Source of the DNA: Octopus vulgaris
Taxonomy: Eukaryota
Length of the DNA: 64,000 nt
Direction: 5' to 3'
Assembly (NCBI GenBank): GCA_951406725.2
Contig: OX597826.1
Span: forward strand, 81,530,001 to 81,594,000
Shown here: one piece after another, positions 27,019-41,196 of the stretch
How positions within the stretch are numbered: position 1 is the first letter of the stretch
Layout of the letters: each line of letters opens with the position of its first letter
Notes under the pieces: generated by a model
Told to the model about the DNA's origin: nothing
Database searches by the model: none
Seen by the model: the letters and a program-made list of their open reading frames with translations, nothing else
Program-made: the position numbers and the translations under genes

Positions 27019-27891
27019 AGTGACGTTAAATGTTTTTTCAGATAACTCAGAATTTTATACATGTGTGTTAAACTTGTTATGCAGCTAAAACAGGCATTTA
27101 CACAAATAAGGCAGACGTTTATAAAGAAAGAGCAGGCATTTGCAGAGATAAGGTAGTTGTTACCTAATATAATGGCAAATACTTTACTCACAGTTAAAAC
27201 AGACAGGTACGGCGTTGGATGTTAAAAAGATAAGGCAGACGTTTACACACAGAAGTTTATACAGTTAAGTTAATCCATTCCACAACTAACAAATCTACTT
27301 TTTACACGCATAAATCTGAGAAGGCTTCTATTTTCTCACAGAATTTTTTGCGTAATTTGCATGCAATCGCCGTGTGTAGACAGTACAACAAAAAAATACA
27401 GCAACAGACGACTCCTCAGCCACAAGAACCATCACTGCCACCAACAATAACAACGAAGTATAACAACAATCGCAGAACAATAGAGACAACAAAATTAATA
27501 ATAAAATAAGGAAAATGAATCACAGAATAACGAAAAAAACAAACAAACAAAGAAAAGAAAACCTAAACTAAACAACATTTGCTGTAAAAGAAGCGAAAAT
27601 CTAGTCAAGTAGAAAATCATCGAACTATATCGATCCGAATAACATCAGGTATGTATAGAAAGATCACAGAAATGGAGTTAGTTTATTACAGTTGACTAAC
27701 TTTTAACGACTGTAGAACTATACACATACATTCATATACGTACACACGAATACACATATATACACACATCTCTCTCCCCCCTCTCTCTCTATAGATACAT
27801 GCATATATATGTGTATACGATCACACACATACATATATAAGTATATATGTATGTACATGTATGTGTATATGCAGCTGTGTGCGCGAATGAA

Positions 27892-27928
<37 letters not shown>

Positions 27929-28334
27929 GCATGCATGCATGCATGTATGTGTGTATAAGGGAAGTTATATGCTCAGTTATTATAAGTTAACCAAAGTTAT
28001 CAATGTGGTTTGATAAGGGAGTTATTTTAATGTTTTTGTATATTTTGGGGTTTTCCTTTTCATTATTCGATCCATTTAGTTCAACATCAAAAACTCTATT
28101 AATAAAATGAGCCAACACTGAGAGGCTTACAGGCACCCTTTTTAGTTGCGTGCAATAGCAAATTATTCAGGCTTTAGATCACATCCGACCCCTTAACAAA
28201 CAAAAGGATGAGCACATCGGATTGTGTTGTTCTATGGACACTGAATCCACGTAAAAAAATGGAAAAAAGAACGAAGAAAGGGTGATGAGTGGAACTTTTC
28301 GAGTCACTCGACTAAGGTTGATTTGTCAATAAAA

Positions 28335-28433
28335 GGATCTTTTCGTTTTGACCGGCAGATTTTTAAAATAATTTCTTTGTAACTAAAGACTTTTAAACTT
28401 TTTAAAAATCTGGCGGTCAAAGCGAAAAGATCC
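28335..28433. mobile_element. Tiny MITE-like DNA transposon derivative
   Basis: About 33-bp TIRs ggatcttttcg.tttgaccg.cagatttttaaaa; direct repeat caataaaa on both flanks (28327-28334 and 28434-28441). Confidence 0.75.
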
Positions 28434-29760
28434 CAATAAAATACCCCAGTCGCAGAAATAGAAGCTAGATCTCCATCAGACACACTGGCACCACCTTAAA
28501 AAAAAACGAGGGATACCTTGCGTTGTTTAGTTCGAAATACACCATGTGTGAACGAAAGGTAGAATGAGTGAGTCACGGCTGGAACACGTTCGATTTTGTC
28601 TGCTTGGATTGAGATAAATGGAAGCTAAACAATAACAGCAGCAACAACAAGAACATTTAATCTGATAAAATCCATATTAAGTATTTCTTCGAGACTGGAC
28701 TGCTATAGCAGTTGTCTGCTGGGGCCTAGCGTCTTTACAGGAGATTTATTACTCATCCAGTCAGTGTCAAAACTAAGGGTCGCTAGATGTTGGGGGAAAG
28801 AAACAAAAAAAAAAAAGATAAAAAGAAAAAAAAATCACTCAGTAAATTGTTGTTGTTTACTTGACCCCCACCTTCCACTAAGTTCCACCTGATTACGTTT
28901 CGGGATCAAAATATTTCTGCAACGAAAATTCGGGATTCTGTTTATTGTTATTTTTGTCTGTTCATGTACATCGGCCACGGAAATTTGTGAATAACAAAAA
29001 TTAACGAGCAATAAATGAATGAATGGGAACAGAGAAAACTTAGAAGCTGTCTATGTTGGCAAAATTGAAGAGTTTAAATAAGTCTGGATTCATATGGTAT
29101 AGAAGAAGAGCAGTTTTGTCTGAAGCAGAGTTTGGTCAGAAAGGCTAGAATTTTGGAACGTCCTTTAATCAAGCGTAACTGAACGTAAATGTATACGTGT
29201 ATTTCGTCTAAAAGTTTTTAGGATATTTACCTATGAAGGAGTTATTCTCTGAATTCAGTTTACTATTAATTGTATTTCTTTCATAATTAACCAAAAGTTT
29301 TTATCACGTTCATTGGCTTCTTTGTCTATTTTAACATTCACACTGTCTACTTTCTTCAGTTTTACATCTACTAAAATTGTATAAACCATACAGAGATTAG
29401 TAGCGACTTAGTGTGAAAAGTTCCAAAAGTTTCGATGGCGACCCTATTATGGCAGCCATAGATAAGTGACTGGGAACCAGAAGCACTAAAAGATTAAGCA
29501 AGTATTGCAACTTACATATTAGTATTGCAAACACAATTTCAAAATGATAATTCTGAGTAACACAAAACACCGTTTACAAGGTAATTCATTATTATATAAC
29601 GTATTTTTAACGTTTTTTTTCTTTTATGAGCAGCGGCTAATAAGTCTGCAAGTTTTCTCTTCAGATATTTATCAGTTCAACATCATCGCCACAAACACTG
29701 TCTCGTATTTTATAGTTTTCAACTAGAATATTCAATGCTTTTGTTTTAGCTGTTGCTGTG

Positions 29761-30132
29761 TTTGTTTGTTTGCTGAGCGAAGCGGTCTTCGTCCGTAGTG
29801 GGAAAAGTCCGATACGTGGTCCTTTGCTATTCGTAAGACCCGCAGAAGAGAAAGCAGGTCAACCCCCGACACCGAGAGCATCGACGGATGGATGAATGCG
29901 CATCCAGGCTCAGCAGTTGCATAGGAAGTCGGGGACAAGAAACAGGAAGAAAGAGTGAGAGAAAGTTGGGGCGAAAGAATACAAGAGGGGTCGCCCCCTC
30001 CTCTGCCGGAGCCTCGTGGAACTTTAGGTGTTTTCCCTCAATAAACACACACAACGCCCGGTCTGGTAATCGAAACCGCGATCCTCTGACCGCGAGTCCG
30101 CTGCCCTAACCACTGGGCCATTGCGTCTCCAC
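29761..30132 (-). mobile_element. tRNA-derived SINE with (AAAC)n tail and 13-bp TSD
   Basis: TSD agctgttgctgtg at 29748-29760 and 30133-30145; intact tRNA-like head; sister copy of 16460-16816. Confidence 0.9.
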
Positions 30133-31299
30133 AGCTGTTGCTGTGGTTCAATCACTGTCATTGCTTCGAGGTGGTGGGGTCTTAGTTGAAGGATGATCTG
30201 CTCTATGTATTGCTGTTTAGATCCAAGTCAACCAGGGTCAAGCAGGCCCTCTCATCATCAACATCGCAATGCATTTTCGTGGTCCGTTAAGAAATGTTAA
30301 TTACATTCGTAATGTAAGACGACGAATAATGAGCTGAGGGAGATTCAGTGGCTACAACTATGTATGCATATTTGTATGTATATTCCGGGGGACCAAAATT
30401 GACGACGGGGTTTCAATATTCAATTCTTTGTATAAAACACTTTGGGTTCACTCTGTGTTTGTGAGTGTTCAAACACGCGCACACTTATGTAGAGTTAGTA
30501 AAGGAAGGAGGCGCTGGCTTTCCTAACTTATTGTGGGCAGTATATATACTTATATAAAAGCACACACACATATATATAGGCCCACCTTCTTATTTGTATG
30601 CATATTTATGCATAGAGAGGAAGAAGAACAATCTCAGATCTGATAAAAGGAAAAATGAAATCATAAAGAATTCAGTCAATAAAGCGTGAAATTAGAACTG
30701 GTCGTCTTTTTTCTTATAACAGACAAATATTCACATAGGAAAAGAAAAATATAAAAGTCGAAGACTCTCTACCAAATACATTAGCTGAAAAAAAACCTCC
30801 TGGGCGGCAAGAGGCTTACAGTGAAATCTAGCGTTATCTAATTAAAACTTTAATAATATATAAAACTGACATTTGTCTTACAAGAGACAACAACTTAGGT
30901 TTGTTTTAGAAGTGGATACTGTTATGAGGATTTGTTCTGGTGAAAATATTTTGGTTTTCGAAATCGGTTGATAAATTTGTATTTATTCCCAGAGCATATA
31001 GCATTGGAAGGTCATCTGGTACCCCACTAGAAGAACGTCGGCAAAAATTACAAAGTAAATAAACAAATAAATAAATAAATGTTTTAATTCCTGAAGAATC
31101 GAAAACAGCAAAATTGAAGAAATTTTATTTTTAATAATAATCCTTTCCACAATAAACACAAGGCTTTAAATATTTTGAGGGGGGGGGTCTATTCGAACTC
31201 GGCACATTTTGAGGGACTTTCCTATTCAAACAGACAAGAAGTTAGGAAAAAATTGACGAAAATAAGAGGACGAAAAACAGAAAAAAAAATTCCTTAAAA

Positions 31300-31612
31300 T
31301 TTAAAATTGGAAGAATTTGGAGCATGACAGTAAAGATCGTGCCTATAATAATTGGTGCGTTGGGAACAGTAAGCAAAGATATAGACAAACGGCTGAAGGA
31401 GATTGGAATAGAATGCCTGGTGGAGCTCCTACAGAAAGTTCGTCTTTTAGGGACAGCAAGGATTAAAATCTTCAAAGCCACAGTCGAACCAATTCTACTA
31501 TATGGCTCAGAAACCTGGACGTTATCAAAGAAGCTTGAGAGGCGGTTGGATGGAACTTACACTCGCCTCCTTATGAGAGCTCAAAATCTCTCGTGGAAAC
31601 GGCATCTGAATA
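31300..31612 (+). mobile_element. Abutting LINE fragments: R4/Dong endonuclease C terminus followed by an RTE/L2-like RT thumb
   Basis: VKIVPIIIGALGTV...LQKVRLLGTARI, then KIFKATVEPILLYGSETWTLSKKLERRLDGTYTRLL. Confidence 0.75.
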
Positions 31613-32862
31613 TTTAGCAGCATTTCGTCCGTCTTTACATTCTGAGTTCAAATTCGCCGAAGCCAAATTCGCCTTTCATCCTTTCGGGGTCGATAAAATT
31701 AGTACCAGTTATGCACTGAGGTCGATGTACTCGGTCAGCCTCCTCTCACAACATTTCAGGCCTTTTGCTTACAGAAGAAAGGATTATTTCTTTAGAAAAA
31801 AAGTTACGCTTAGAAGGGGAGTAGAAGGAGATTCGCGTAACGATAAAATTTTCTGAAGAATATGAATTTCGGAGTTATTGGAAGCATCGGAAACTGAAAT
31901 CAGTGCAAGCCAAGAATTTAAGTGTCATTGTAACTTCCTAATGAGCGGCAAAATAGCAAAACCTGTTGAGCGTCAAGTAGAATGCTTTGCGGTATTCGTT
32001 CCAACCCTCTGCACACCGAGTTCTAATCTCCCAAAATGATCAGGATAAATAGAGTCTTACCCCCCCCCAGTACTAAGGAGAATACTTCTGGAAATTGTCA
32101 TCGTAATGAGAAGAAAAGTTAAAAACCTTAACGAAGATTCCGTTTAAAACGTGCAAAGGAGAGAACTTCAAAGTTTTATGCGTGCAATATGTTCATGGAG
32201 AATAGTTGTTAAATAATAATAATACTACTTCATTACAATATTTTAAATTTGTTGGAGAAAATGAGATGTTGTGGCATTGATGTCTTTTCCTTTGTTAGAG
32301 TGAAGTAAAATAACTAGCTTGCTTATCTCAGTGCCAGCCGTGCCTATCACACAAAGCTTGCGATATGATCTGGAATATACTAACTGGAGACTTTGCCAAC
32401 TAACTTGGATATTAACATGACTCAAATGCAAATGTTGCACATCTTAGAATGGGATAAGCTTCGATAATCATCGAAGAATCGACGTTTTTTTTATATATAT
32501 GAAAATAATGCTAACACGTGTGAAATAACTTATATCGAATTGATAACTCGAGTATCCCATGATTTCAAGCCTAAGAAGACATCACTAATAAAGAATTCGT
32601 TTCCAATACTTATTTCATTTTTTTTTTATCAAACTCAAACACGCTTCAAATTACATCAGCAACGTAATTTATCCCTTTGAGTTACCCTCCACTTCCATAT
32701 TTTCGATATTTCTTTATTTTCTTACATCTAAAATAAAATTACAAAACTTCTTTATATAATAAAAAAACCCATCAAATAAACTATACGTATACGATTCAAA
32801 AATCTATTTTGATTTTTTGATCTTAAGTTATTCATAAAAAAAAAACCCGACGTTCTCTTGAA

Positions 32863-33242
32863 GCTTTTGGCGGCCCCAATGTAGATTTGAACAGGATTCC
32901 TTCACTGTACTAACGAAGTTAAATTATATGCTATGATTTCGGATCAGAGAATGCAATGTTTGCTGGTTCATATTCTTCATATTGTGTAATATCGATCATT
33001 ACAGGTGAAAGGTTTGATACAGGAAACATGATTGAGCCTGTTAATCACTTATTCCTTCTGTTAAAGCAGAAGCCGGACATGTTATTTATGCTGCTGACAG
33101 ACATGATGGCTCATTATCCAATAAGATCTACGACTACAATAATGGCACCTTCCCCCATGACGCCATTGGAAATTTCTTCGATCCTTGGAGCCACTTGTTT
33201 ACCGGGAAATATTACAGGAACTTTACTGACATAAATTTATAA
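32863..33242 (+). pseudogene. Candidate disabled coding fragment or terminal exon, family unknown
   Basis: Protein-like reading AFGGPNVDLNRIPSLY*RS*IICYDFGSENAMFAGSY...; then, in a shifted frame from 33066, AEAGHVIYAADRHDGSLSNKIYDYNNGTFPHDAIGNFFDPWSHLFTGKYYRNFTDINL*. Confidence 0.3.
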
Positions 33243-33557
33243 ATTAAGATCAGAGTAAGCAAATATTCATTTCTTTAGTGAGCAAAAAAACAATTCTTAA
33301 CGGGGTGGGCTTTATAGTAAAACCAAGAAGAATTTGATCATGGATTGCAGAATAATAAAATTAAATATAATGAACTATCAGTACGCTAGAAATAATAACA
33401 AGGTTTTCCTCAAACCACCATACCTCTTACAGTTGGAGTGGATATCTTGAATACTGTAAAGAGGAAATTCTATACAACTCTAAGGATGGAATGCTCACAG
33501 GAGTAATATCACTATCGGTTTAAATAGATCAGACTTGACCCGAGGCTAAATAATATC

Positions 33558-33589
<32 letters not shown>

Positions 33590-34112
33590 GTAGTAGTAGA
33601 TATTATTCGTGTTTCTTAATTTTCTTAATTGCAAGTAATTATTGAAGATTTCTTTCTAGTAAAATGATGTTTACGAACATCTGGACAACGTATTTATACA
33701 GCTTGTAGTTCAAAGCTGGTGTTATTTTTTTTCTGACCAAATCTCTCTGAGTGAATTGTATTTTATTTTCCTCTAATGTTTCAAACCATCGCTATCTTGG
33801 GCGAGCAATTAACTATGCCTCCACCTTGGCTATAAACTGAATCATTTCATTGTACATTTATTTCGTTCTGGAGGAAACTCTCAAAACGGTTGCGTTTTCA
33901 ACAGTCTTATGTACGACAAATGTGTATGTTTGAAATTGGTTCTGTGTGTGTGTGTGTGTGTGTAATGTTATAATAAACGCCATAAATCTTGTTAAATACA
34001 GCTACCCAGGGTTTCCTGGTTAAAACAATGATTTATTTCACCATTTTTCAAGCAGAGAACAAGACTGTTTTATCAGTTGTCTCTTCAGAAAAATAACGCT
34101 TATGTAATGTAT

Positions 34113-34420
34113 GTGAAGGCGTGTGGCTTAGTGGCTGGGATATTCGGCTCAGGATCGCAAGCTCGTGAGTTCAATTCCCGGCGATGCGTTGTGTCCTTGA
34201 GCAAGACACTTTATTTCACATTGCTCCAGTCCGCTCAGCTGGCAAAAATGAGTAGTACCTGTATTTCAAAGGGCCGGCCTTGTCACACTCTGTGTTTCGC
34301 TGAATCTACCTGAGAACTGCGTTAAAGGTACACGTGTCCGTGGTATGCTCAGCCACTTGCACTACAATTTCACGAGCAAGCTGTTCCGTTGATCGTATCT
34401 GCTAACCGACGGAGTCTTCC
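34113..34420 (+). mobile_element. tRNA-derived SINE
   Basis: A-box tggcttagtgg and B-box gagttcaattcc; body shared with 23245-23688. Confidence 0.8.
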
Positions 34421-34460
34421 TATGTATATATGTATGAATTGTTGTATAAGTCCTCGTCTT

Positions 34461-34503
<43 letters not shown>

Positions 34504-35499
34504 GCCTTATGGTAGCGTTAAACTACCAATGAAATATATAACACGAAGACTTCTACCGCAGATTCATACAGATGCTACAACAATTTCATTGGCGTTTTAG
34601 CGCTGCCTTAAGGAATATTAAGATTAAAGGGAGGGGAAAAGATTTTGTAAAACAACTGGAAACTCATCTTTGATATAATTTCCGACAATTCCTATTGTAA
34701 TTAGCTGGGAATATGAAGAAGTAAAATTGCTTAGAAATTACAGAAAGAAAAATGTCTGTCCAGTTGTTTACTAAATAAGTTCTTTACACACACACACACA
34801 CACACTAATATATTCACACACAGGCGCATACTTGTACACACACACACGTGCACCCTCCCCACTCACATGCTATATATGCATATATACATACAGGTTCTCA
34901 CATATAAATCAATGTTTGTAGGACCTTGCATGTTGCAATATCACCAATATCAATTTCACGATACGTTTTTAAATCAACAATCTTGCAAACCAAAATACAA
35001 GAACGAAGTAACAACACACACACACACACACTACACACACACACACGCACACAGACACTACACACGCACACACGCACACAAGTATGTATCACAATATCCC
35101 ATTCAAAAATAAAAGCATTTAGAAATATTAAAAACACGAGTTAGATTATAGCTGGGAGATAACAGTTTACTCTAAGTGCCGCCCTTTTCGGCTCGGAATT
35201 ATGGGAGAGCAAATACTTTGAAAGAGTGAGAAAGGAGAGTGACAGGATTAGAGGTGGGAAAAGAAGTGGATGCAGTGAATGGGAGGTACAGGTGGAGGCA
35301 TGGTCAATGGGAATATCAGATTTTGTTCGAGGAGTTGGTCCAGAAAGAAGGAGGTGATGAGAAACAGGAATAGGTAGATGATGTGAAGTTTAAGGGGATA
35401 AAGGGTGTCATTTATAGTACCTGAGTAAATGGTGCCGTAGTTAAAATAGTAACAGAGGGATGACCGTAAAGGTTTGACAGGATCTAATTTCTGGCTGAG

Positions 35500-36990
35500 A
35501 TGGACAGGTTTTATCAAGTTCACAATATCGTCAATCCTCCTACAACTTTCTCATCTCCTCTGTGATGTTCAAAATCTCCAGATCGGTTTTTGCTATTTCG
35601 TCCCCCTTCTTCCTGGGTCTCCCAAAGCTACAGGTTTACTCCATATGTATCAATCGGCACATTTTTATGCAACTGTTCTCATCCATACGCATCATATAAT
35701 CGTATCAGCACAATATTATTTCTGGCACAATATATCTAAAAGCCTTTTTGCCAAGTTTTTCTCACAACACATTTCACCTTGTCAGATACGCACACCGACA
35801 TTGCATTTCAAGCAGAACATTGCAGCTTATTTTCTTTGTGCTTTAAACCATAAATTCTTCATACTGAGCCTATGTCTCACTGTCATATAGCATTGAGGTT
35901 CATACACGAGTATCATACAAACTGCCTTTCACTCTGAGAGAGAAACGTGTGTTACCAACAAAAGTAAAAAAAAAACTCGCTTAACTTCCCCTGTCTCTTC
36001 TTATTCTAGAAATTATACCTTCAGAACATTCCCCCCCACTTACCCAGGTAACAAATGCTTTCAACTACTTCAAGGATTCTTTCTGGGCATTTTCAGGTGC
36101 TTTTCGTGTTTATCACAAAATTTACTTTCTCTGGTAATCTTCTTGTGAGTACACTGCATGTTTTATGTGCCTAAAGTTGCACAAGGTACACCGTATGGAA
36201 TTCGTACCCACATCTTTTCCTACTTATCAGACAAGGCTAACTAACCAAAGTGATTAATGCCCTGTCTGTTTTCCTACTTGCTATAAGTTTAGTCTTTGAA
36301 CTTTAAAGCCTCTTGATTTCAGGGTTTGCTTCCACACCTGGAATTTCTTTTCTACTTCAACTATAGTTTCAGCTATAAGAACAAAGTCATCAGCATATAG
36401 GAGTTCTCATGGACAACAGGCCTTAAACTCTTATGTTATGGCCTGGAAAACTGCAGTAAATAGGAGGGGACTGATGACCTGGTCCCAGTGAACTCCTAAA
36501 TGTACATCAAATTCATTGCTGTAATTGGTGCTAACTCTAATCTTACTGACAGCATCCCAGTGCATGGCTTGAACGGCTTTCACCAGCCAGTCCTCTACTC
36601 ATGTCCTCTGTAGCGAACCCCACATGAGGGAGTGAGGGTCCTGTCGACAACTTTCTTCTGGTCGATGAATGCCAAGTACAATGGTTTATTTTTGGTTAAA
36701 TACTTCTGCAGTTGTCTTACTAGAAAAAGAACATCAGTGGTACTTGTCCCAGGCACAAAACTAACTCCATCTCAGGAAACTTTGGGATAAATATCTGCAG
36801 CTTTCATGATCTGGTCCAGCAATTTGAAGCCCCTGGAATTACTTCTCTCCAAGACATTTTACAAACTCTTCTAACAGTTGACTATAATGCTTCTAAAGCA
36901 CTCGTTGCGCAAGACACTCCTGCACAACCTGATTAATTACATTGGTGACTAAGCCATGTCCCACTCCGTCAAATATTTTAAGCATGTGAT
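35500..36990 (-). mobile_element. Decayed RTE-clade LINE reverse transcriptase
   Basis: Minus strand: LGVH...ISPLLFTAVFQAIT*EFKACCP*ELLYADDFV; LYLAFIDQKK; NSRGFKLL. Confidence 0.8.
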
Positions 36991-37119
36991 GGACTAAGGA
37001 TTTTCTTTGTCTCCACATTGATTGCTTTGTCTGTCAGACAACAGTCAACAACAATGGCAGGTCTCTTTGCTTGATTCACATAAGGCAGATTCTCTTTCTC
37101 CCATTCCTTCAAAACTGAT

Positions 37120-38800
37120 CCCTAAATGCAGAACCACCCACATGGCAAAAAAACTACCGGTCAATTGCATGCCAAAACTTATGTATAAATTATATACAGC
37201 ATATTTAAACCTCTTCCTCCGAGACCATTGTGAAACCGATAACATCATCACAGCAGAACAAGCAGCTAGGAAGAAGGGAGTCTGGGGATGTGTGGAGCAA
37301 TTGTTGATAAAACTGTATGCAGGAGCATAGAAGGAACCTAGTTTCAATGTGGCCAGACTACAAGAAAGCCTTTGACTCTGTTCCTCACTCATGGATGCCC
37401 TTTCACTTGGTAAAGTTCCAGTGAGCAGAGTCAAAGCCATAGCTGACCTGACTTCAATGTGGGCCACCATTCTTGGAATTAAACACAAGAAGTGATTGTA
37501 GTGCCACTGATGGAATACAGTATCGCAGAAGTTTATTCCTTGGGGACAACCATCCTGTGGTGTTGCTTATATTTTCTGTAAACCCTTTGTCATTCATGTT
37601 AAGGAAGCCTGGAGGATATCTCAGTGGTTCACAAGGTAACAGAAATACCAAAATTATACTGTTTCTTGTATATGGTTTGAAACTATATGCCAAGAATATG
37701 CATGAGATGAAAAAGAACCTCGACCTGGTTACAAAATTCTCAAAGGATACAGGGCCGGAGTTTGGTCAGGATAAATGTTGCTATATGGTTGTGAAGGGGG
37801 GGAAAACTCTAAACCAGACTAGCAACATCTTCATCAATGACATGACTGTTTCTCCTATATCTGATGAAGAATGTTACAGGTGTGTAGGGGTGGGTGAAAA
37901 CATATCTAATGATGGCACCTGTAGCAAAACACTTATCACTAAAGAATATTACAGTCGAATAAAGAAATTTTGAACCTCAGAACACTCTGCACTCAATAAA
38001 ACAGTGACCCACAATGTGTTCGCAATGCAAGTACTGATACCAACATTTGAGTTGATTGATCGGATGCTTGATGAGATTTGAGTTATTGATGTAAAAACCC
38101 GGAAGATACTGACCAGCTAATAACATCATAAGACTTGGAAAGCAGCTCCTTTGGCAGCATTCCTTGCCTGATAACCTAGAATACATGCCCAAAGAAGTCA
38201 CACAACTCTACCGCAATGTATCATCAGATGAAAGGATGAGCGTATATCAGCAGAAGACCATGTACGAATAAGTCAGTAGAAAGCACTGGGACGATAATAA
38301 CATTGGTCATCAAATTGGGGTATCATGGACCAACAACCGGATTACTAGCTCCCACTAGTAAGCATTTGCAATCCAGGAACAGGAAATTTCAACCATGTAC
38401 CTGATGCACAAAAGGGATAGAGATATAGGAAAAGCACCGAAATGTGACAACCAATGCAGACTTTGTGGAGTTCACACTGAAGATGTCATTCACATCATAA
38501 GCAGTCATCTGAAAATGTCATCATGGTATTATTTACCGATGAGACATGATATTGTAGTTAGGACAATGTATAATGAGATCCATTGAAAGATAACCCCAAG
38601 GACAAACAAGTCACTCATAATAAAAAGGGGTTCTGGTGGAATGTCCCAGTGAAAATCTTGATAAGCTGTAAATGTAACCACCCTAACATAAGGGTTTGGG
38701 ATTGACAAGAAAAACTGTACCATTGTGGAAATCAGCTGCTCAGCGGATATTAACAAAAGATAATACCTATGCTGAACTACACAGTCTGATCAGTAAGTAT
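37120..38800 (+). mobile_element. Decayed R4/Dong-like LINE (RT, CCHC knuckle, endonuclease)
   Basis: EQAARKKGVWGCVEQLLI, DYKKAFDSVPHSW, FSKDTGPEFGQDKC, CRLCGVHTEDVIHIISS, RHD, IVEISC. Confidence 0.85.
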
Positions 38801-39157
38801 CTGGACTGTTGCCATAGTAACGAAGCTAAAGCACACCGAGTGAAGCTGCTTGGCACACATTGACCTTGAACTCTGCTGCTTAGGTGCAATAAGTTTCAAT
38901 GTTCTAGCTTACTTCTCCTGCTTACAGGAGTGCTTGAAAGGAAGGTGTGTAGCATGTGATTGTCACATTGACCAAGTGACTTTGCTCAAATCTTTGAACT
39001 GAGGAGAAGCAGGACTGCGCACCACGTCCTGCGTTCTGATGCTTTGTTTTCCCAGGACAAACAGGAAATGTTGCATCATTTCAGATTGTCTTTTAGTTTA
39101 TTTTTGAAGCACAAGAATTGCCTTCCAACTGATTTTCCTGTTGGGAATTGGCCAAAT

Positions 39158-39188
<31 letters not shown>

Positions 39189-39649
39189 TGTGTGTGTGTG
39201 TGTTTGCATGTATAGAAGTATTCACACATAAAATAGTTGTGCACGTGTGACAGTATTATCATCATTATTATTATTGTATATTTAATCATTATAAGTATCT
39301 GATTGGAAACTGATATTAGATCCTCACAATCAAAAACTACAGCAGTAATGGTGCCTTAGTTTTAATGTTTTTTGTTGGAACAGTTTAAATTCCATCGGTT
39401 TGTTTGCGTGATTTTTCTCTAGATTTTCAATAGTGAAGTTACACAGAAGACAAAATTGTACACTATTCAAATTGAGATAAAAACAAAATTAGTATCATGC
39501 AAAACGTGCTGTGAACACGAAGTGAACAGATTGCCATGAAACACTGGAAGAAAAAACGATAAAATGATAAAAGCAAATTGTGAAATCTTTTGCAAGCAAA
39601 TATTTGACAAAAGAAAGAAAGAAAGAACTTCACATAGACATGTACATGC

Positions 39650-39654
39650 ATATG

Positions 39655-39709
<55 letters not shown>

Positions 39710-39865
39710 TTCTGTTCCTCTCACTATATACGTACAATCATAAGCGCATACATGCATATTATATCTATATATATGTGTGTGTGTATATATATGTATGTAT
39801 ATATATATGTATGTATATGTATATATGTATATATGTATATATATGTATATATGTATATATATATG

Positions 39866-39902
<37 letters not shown>

Positions 39903-40065
39903 ATATGTATGTATGTTTATATATATATATATAAATACATATACTCACATACATAGATACATGCATGTATGAATATATGTATAAATAACTTGATTAGTAG
40001 ATTGACAGATAGACAGGCAGACAGACGGAGAGTGAAGACCAAACAGATGCACACACACACACACA

Positions 40066-40104
<39 letters not shown>

Positions 40105-40258
40105 TTGTTCACACAAAGTAAATAAAAGAAACAAAGACCAAAATAAGTATTTAAAAAAAATAAACAACAAAAATGAAATATAAAATAACTCAACAGAACA
40201 CATTAAAATATTTTTTTGGCATTTTATGACAAAATATTTTTTATGAATTAATGGTCTC

Positions 40259-40300
<42 letters not shown>

Positions 40301-41165
40301 CGTAATAATAATATTTAATGAAAAGGAATTAAAAAAAGAATAAAAACAAAAACAAAAAATAAAACAAAGAAAACAATACTTAGAAGCATATAACAAAAGT
40401 AGAACTATTTCACTAAGAAATAATGCCATACGTGTTTTTTCTCCATAAACTAAGAAAAGAGACAAAATTTGTGAGAAGCGATGAAAAAGAAGGACTCAGG
40501 AATTTGGGATTTTCTTGATTTTCCATTCAGTTTTTTTTTTTTTTCATATTGTTTTGTGAATCAAGGATATCACAGGCGGCAGACATGTGACACATTGATA
40601 TTTATGTTGTGATTGGTTCATCTTCAATGTGGCATTGAAAAAAAAAAAATTAATTTCCATTTTGCCCAATAGCTTGAAGACAAGATGCTCTAGATATGAG
40701 AACGTGTGTGTGTGTGTATAAACATACATATATATTATATATAAATATATATTCATATATACACCATTTATATATAGATATTTATTTTATGTATATTATA
40801 TATGTTTCTTATATATATATATAATTAAAATAAGCAACAAAGATATCCATGGTAGAGTAGTACAATTGTTTCATGCTACTTCATTTTATTAAACACTATA
40901 AAATGAAGTAGCATGAAACGATTGTACTACTCTACCATGGATATACTTGTTGCTTATTTTGATTATAATCACCCAATTTGATTCATATGGATAATACCAT
41001 ACAAAATTCTGGTACCATATTCATCTGAATCTAAATTTTGCTGAACTTATATATATATATGAATGTATGTATATGAATGTATGTATATATGAGTATATAT
41101 ATGTGTGTGCATATTTATATATATATCTATGTATGTATATATGTATGCATGTATATATATGTATG

Positions 41166-41196
<31 letters not shown>

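Noticed and set aside
9720-38800. Intact autonomous LINE or transposase
   Set aside because: Every RT or transposase segment has multiple stops, frameshifts or truncations.
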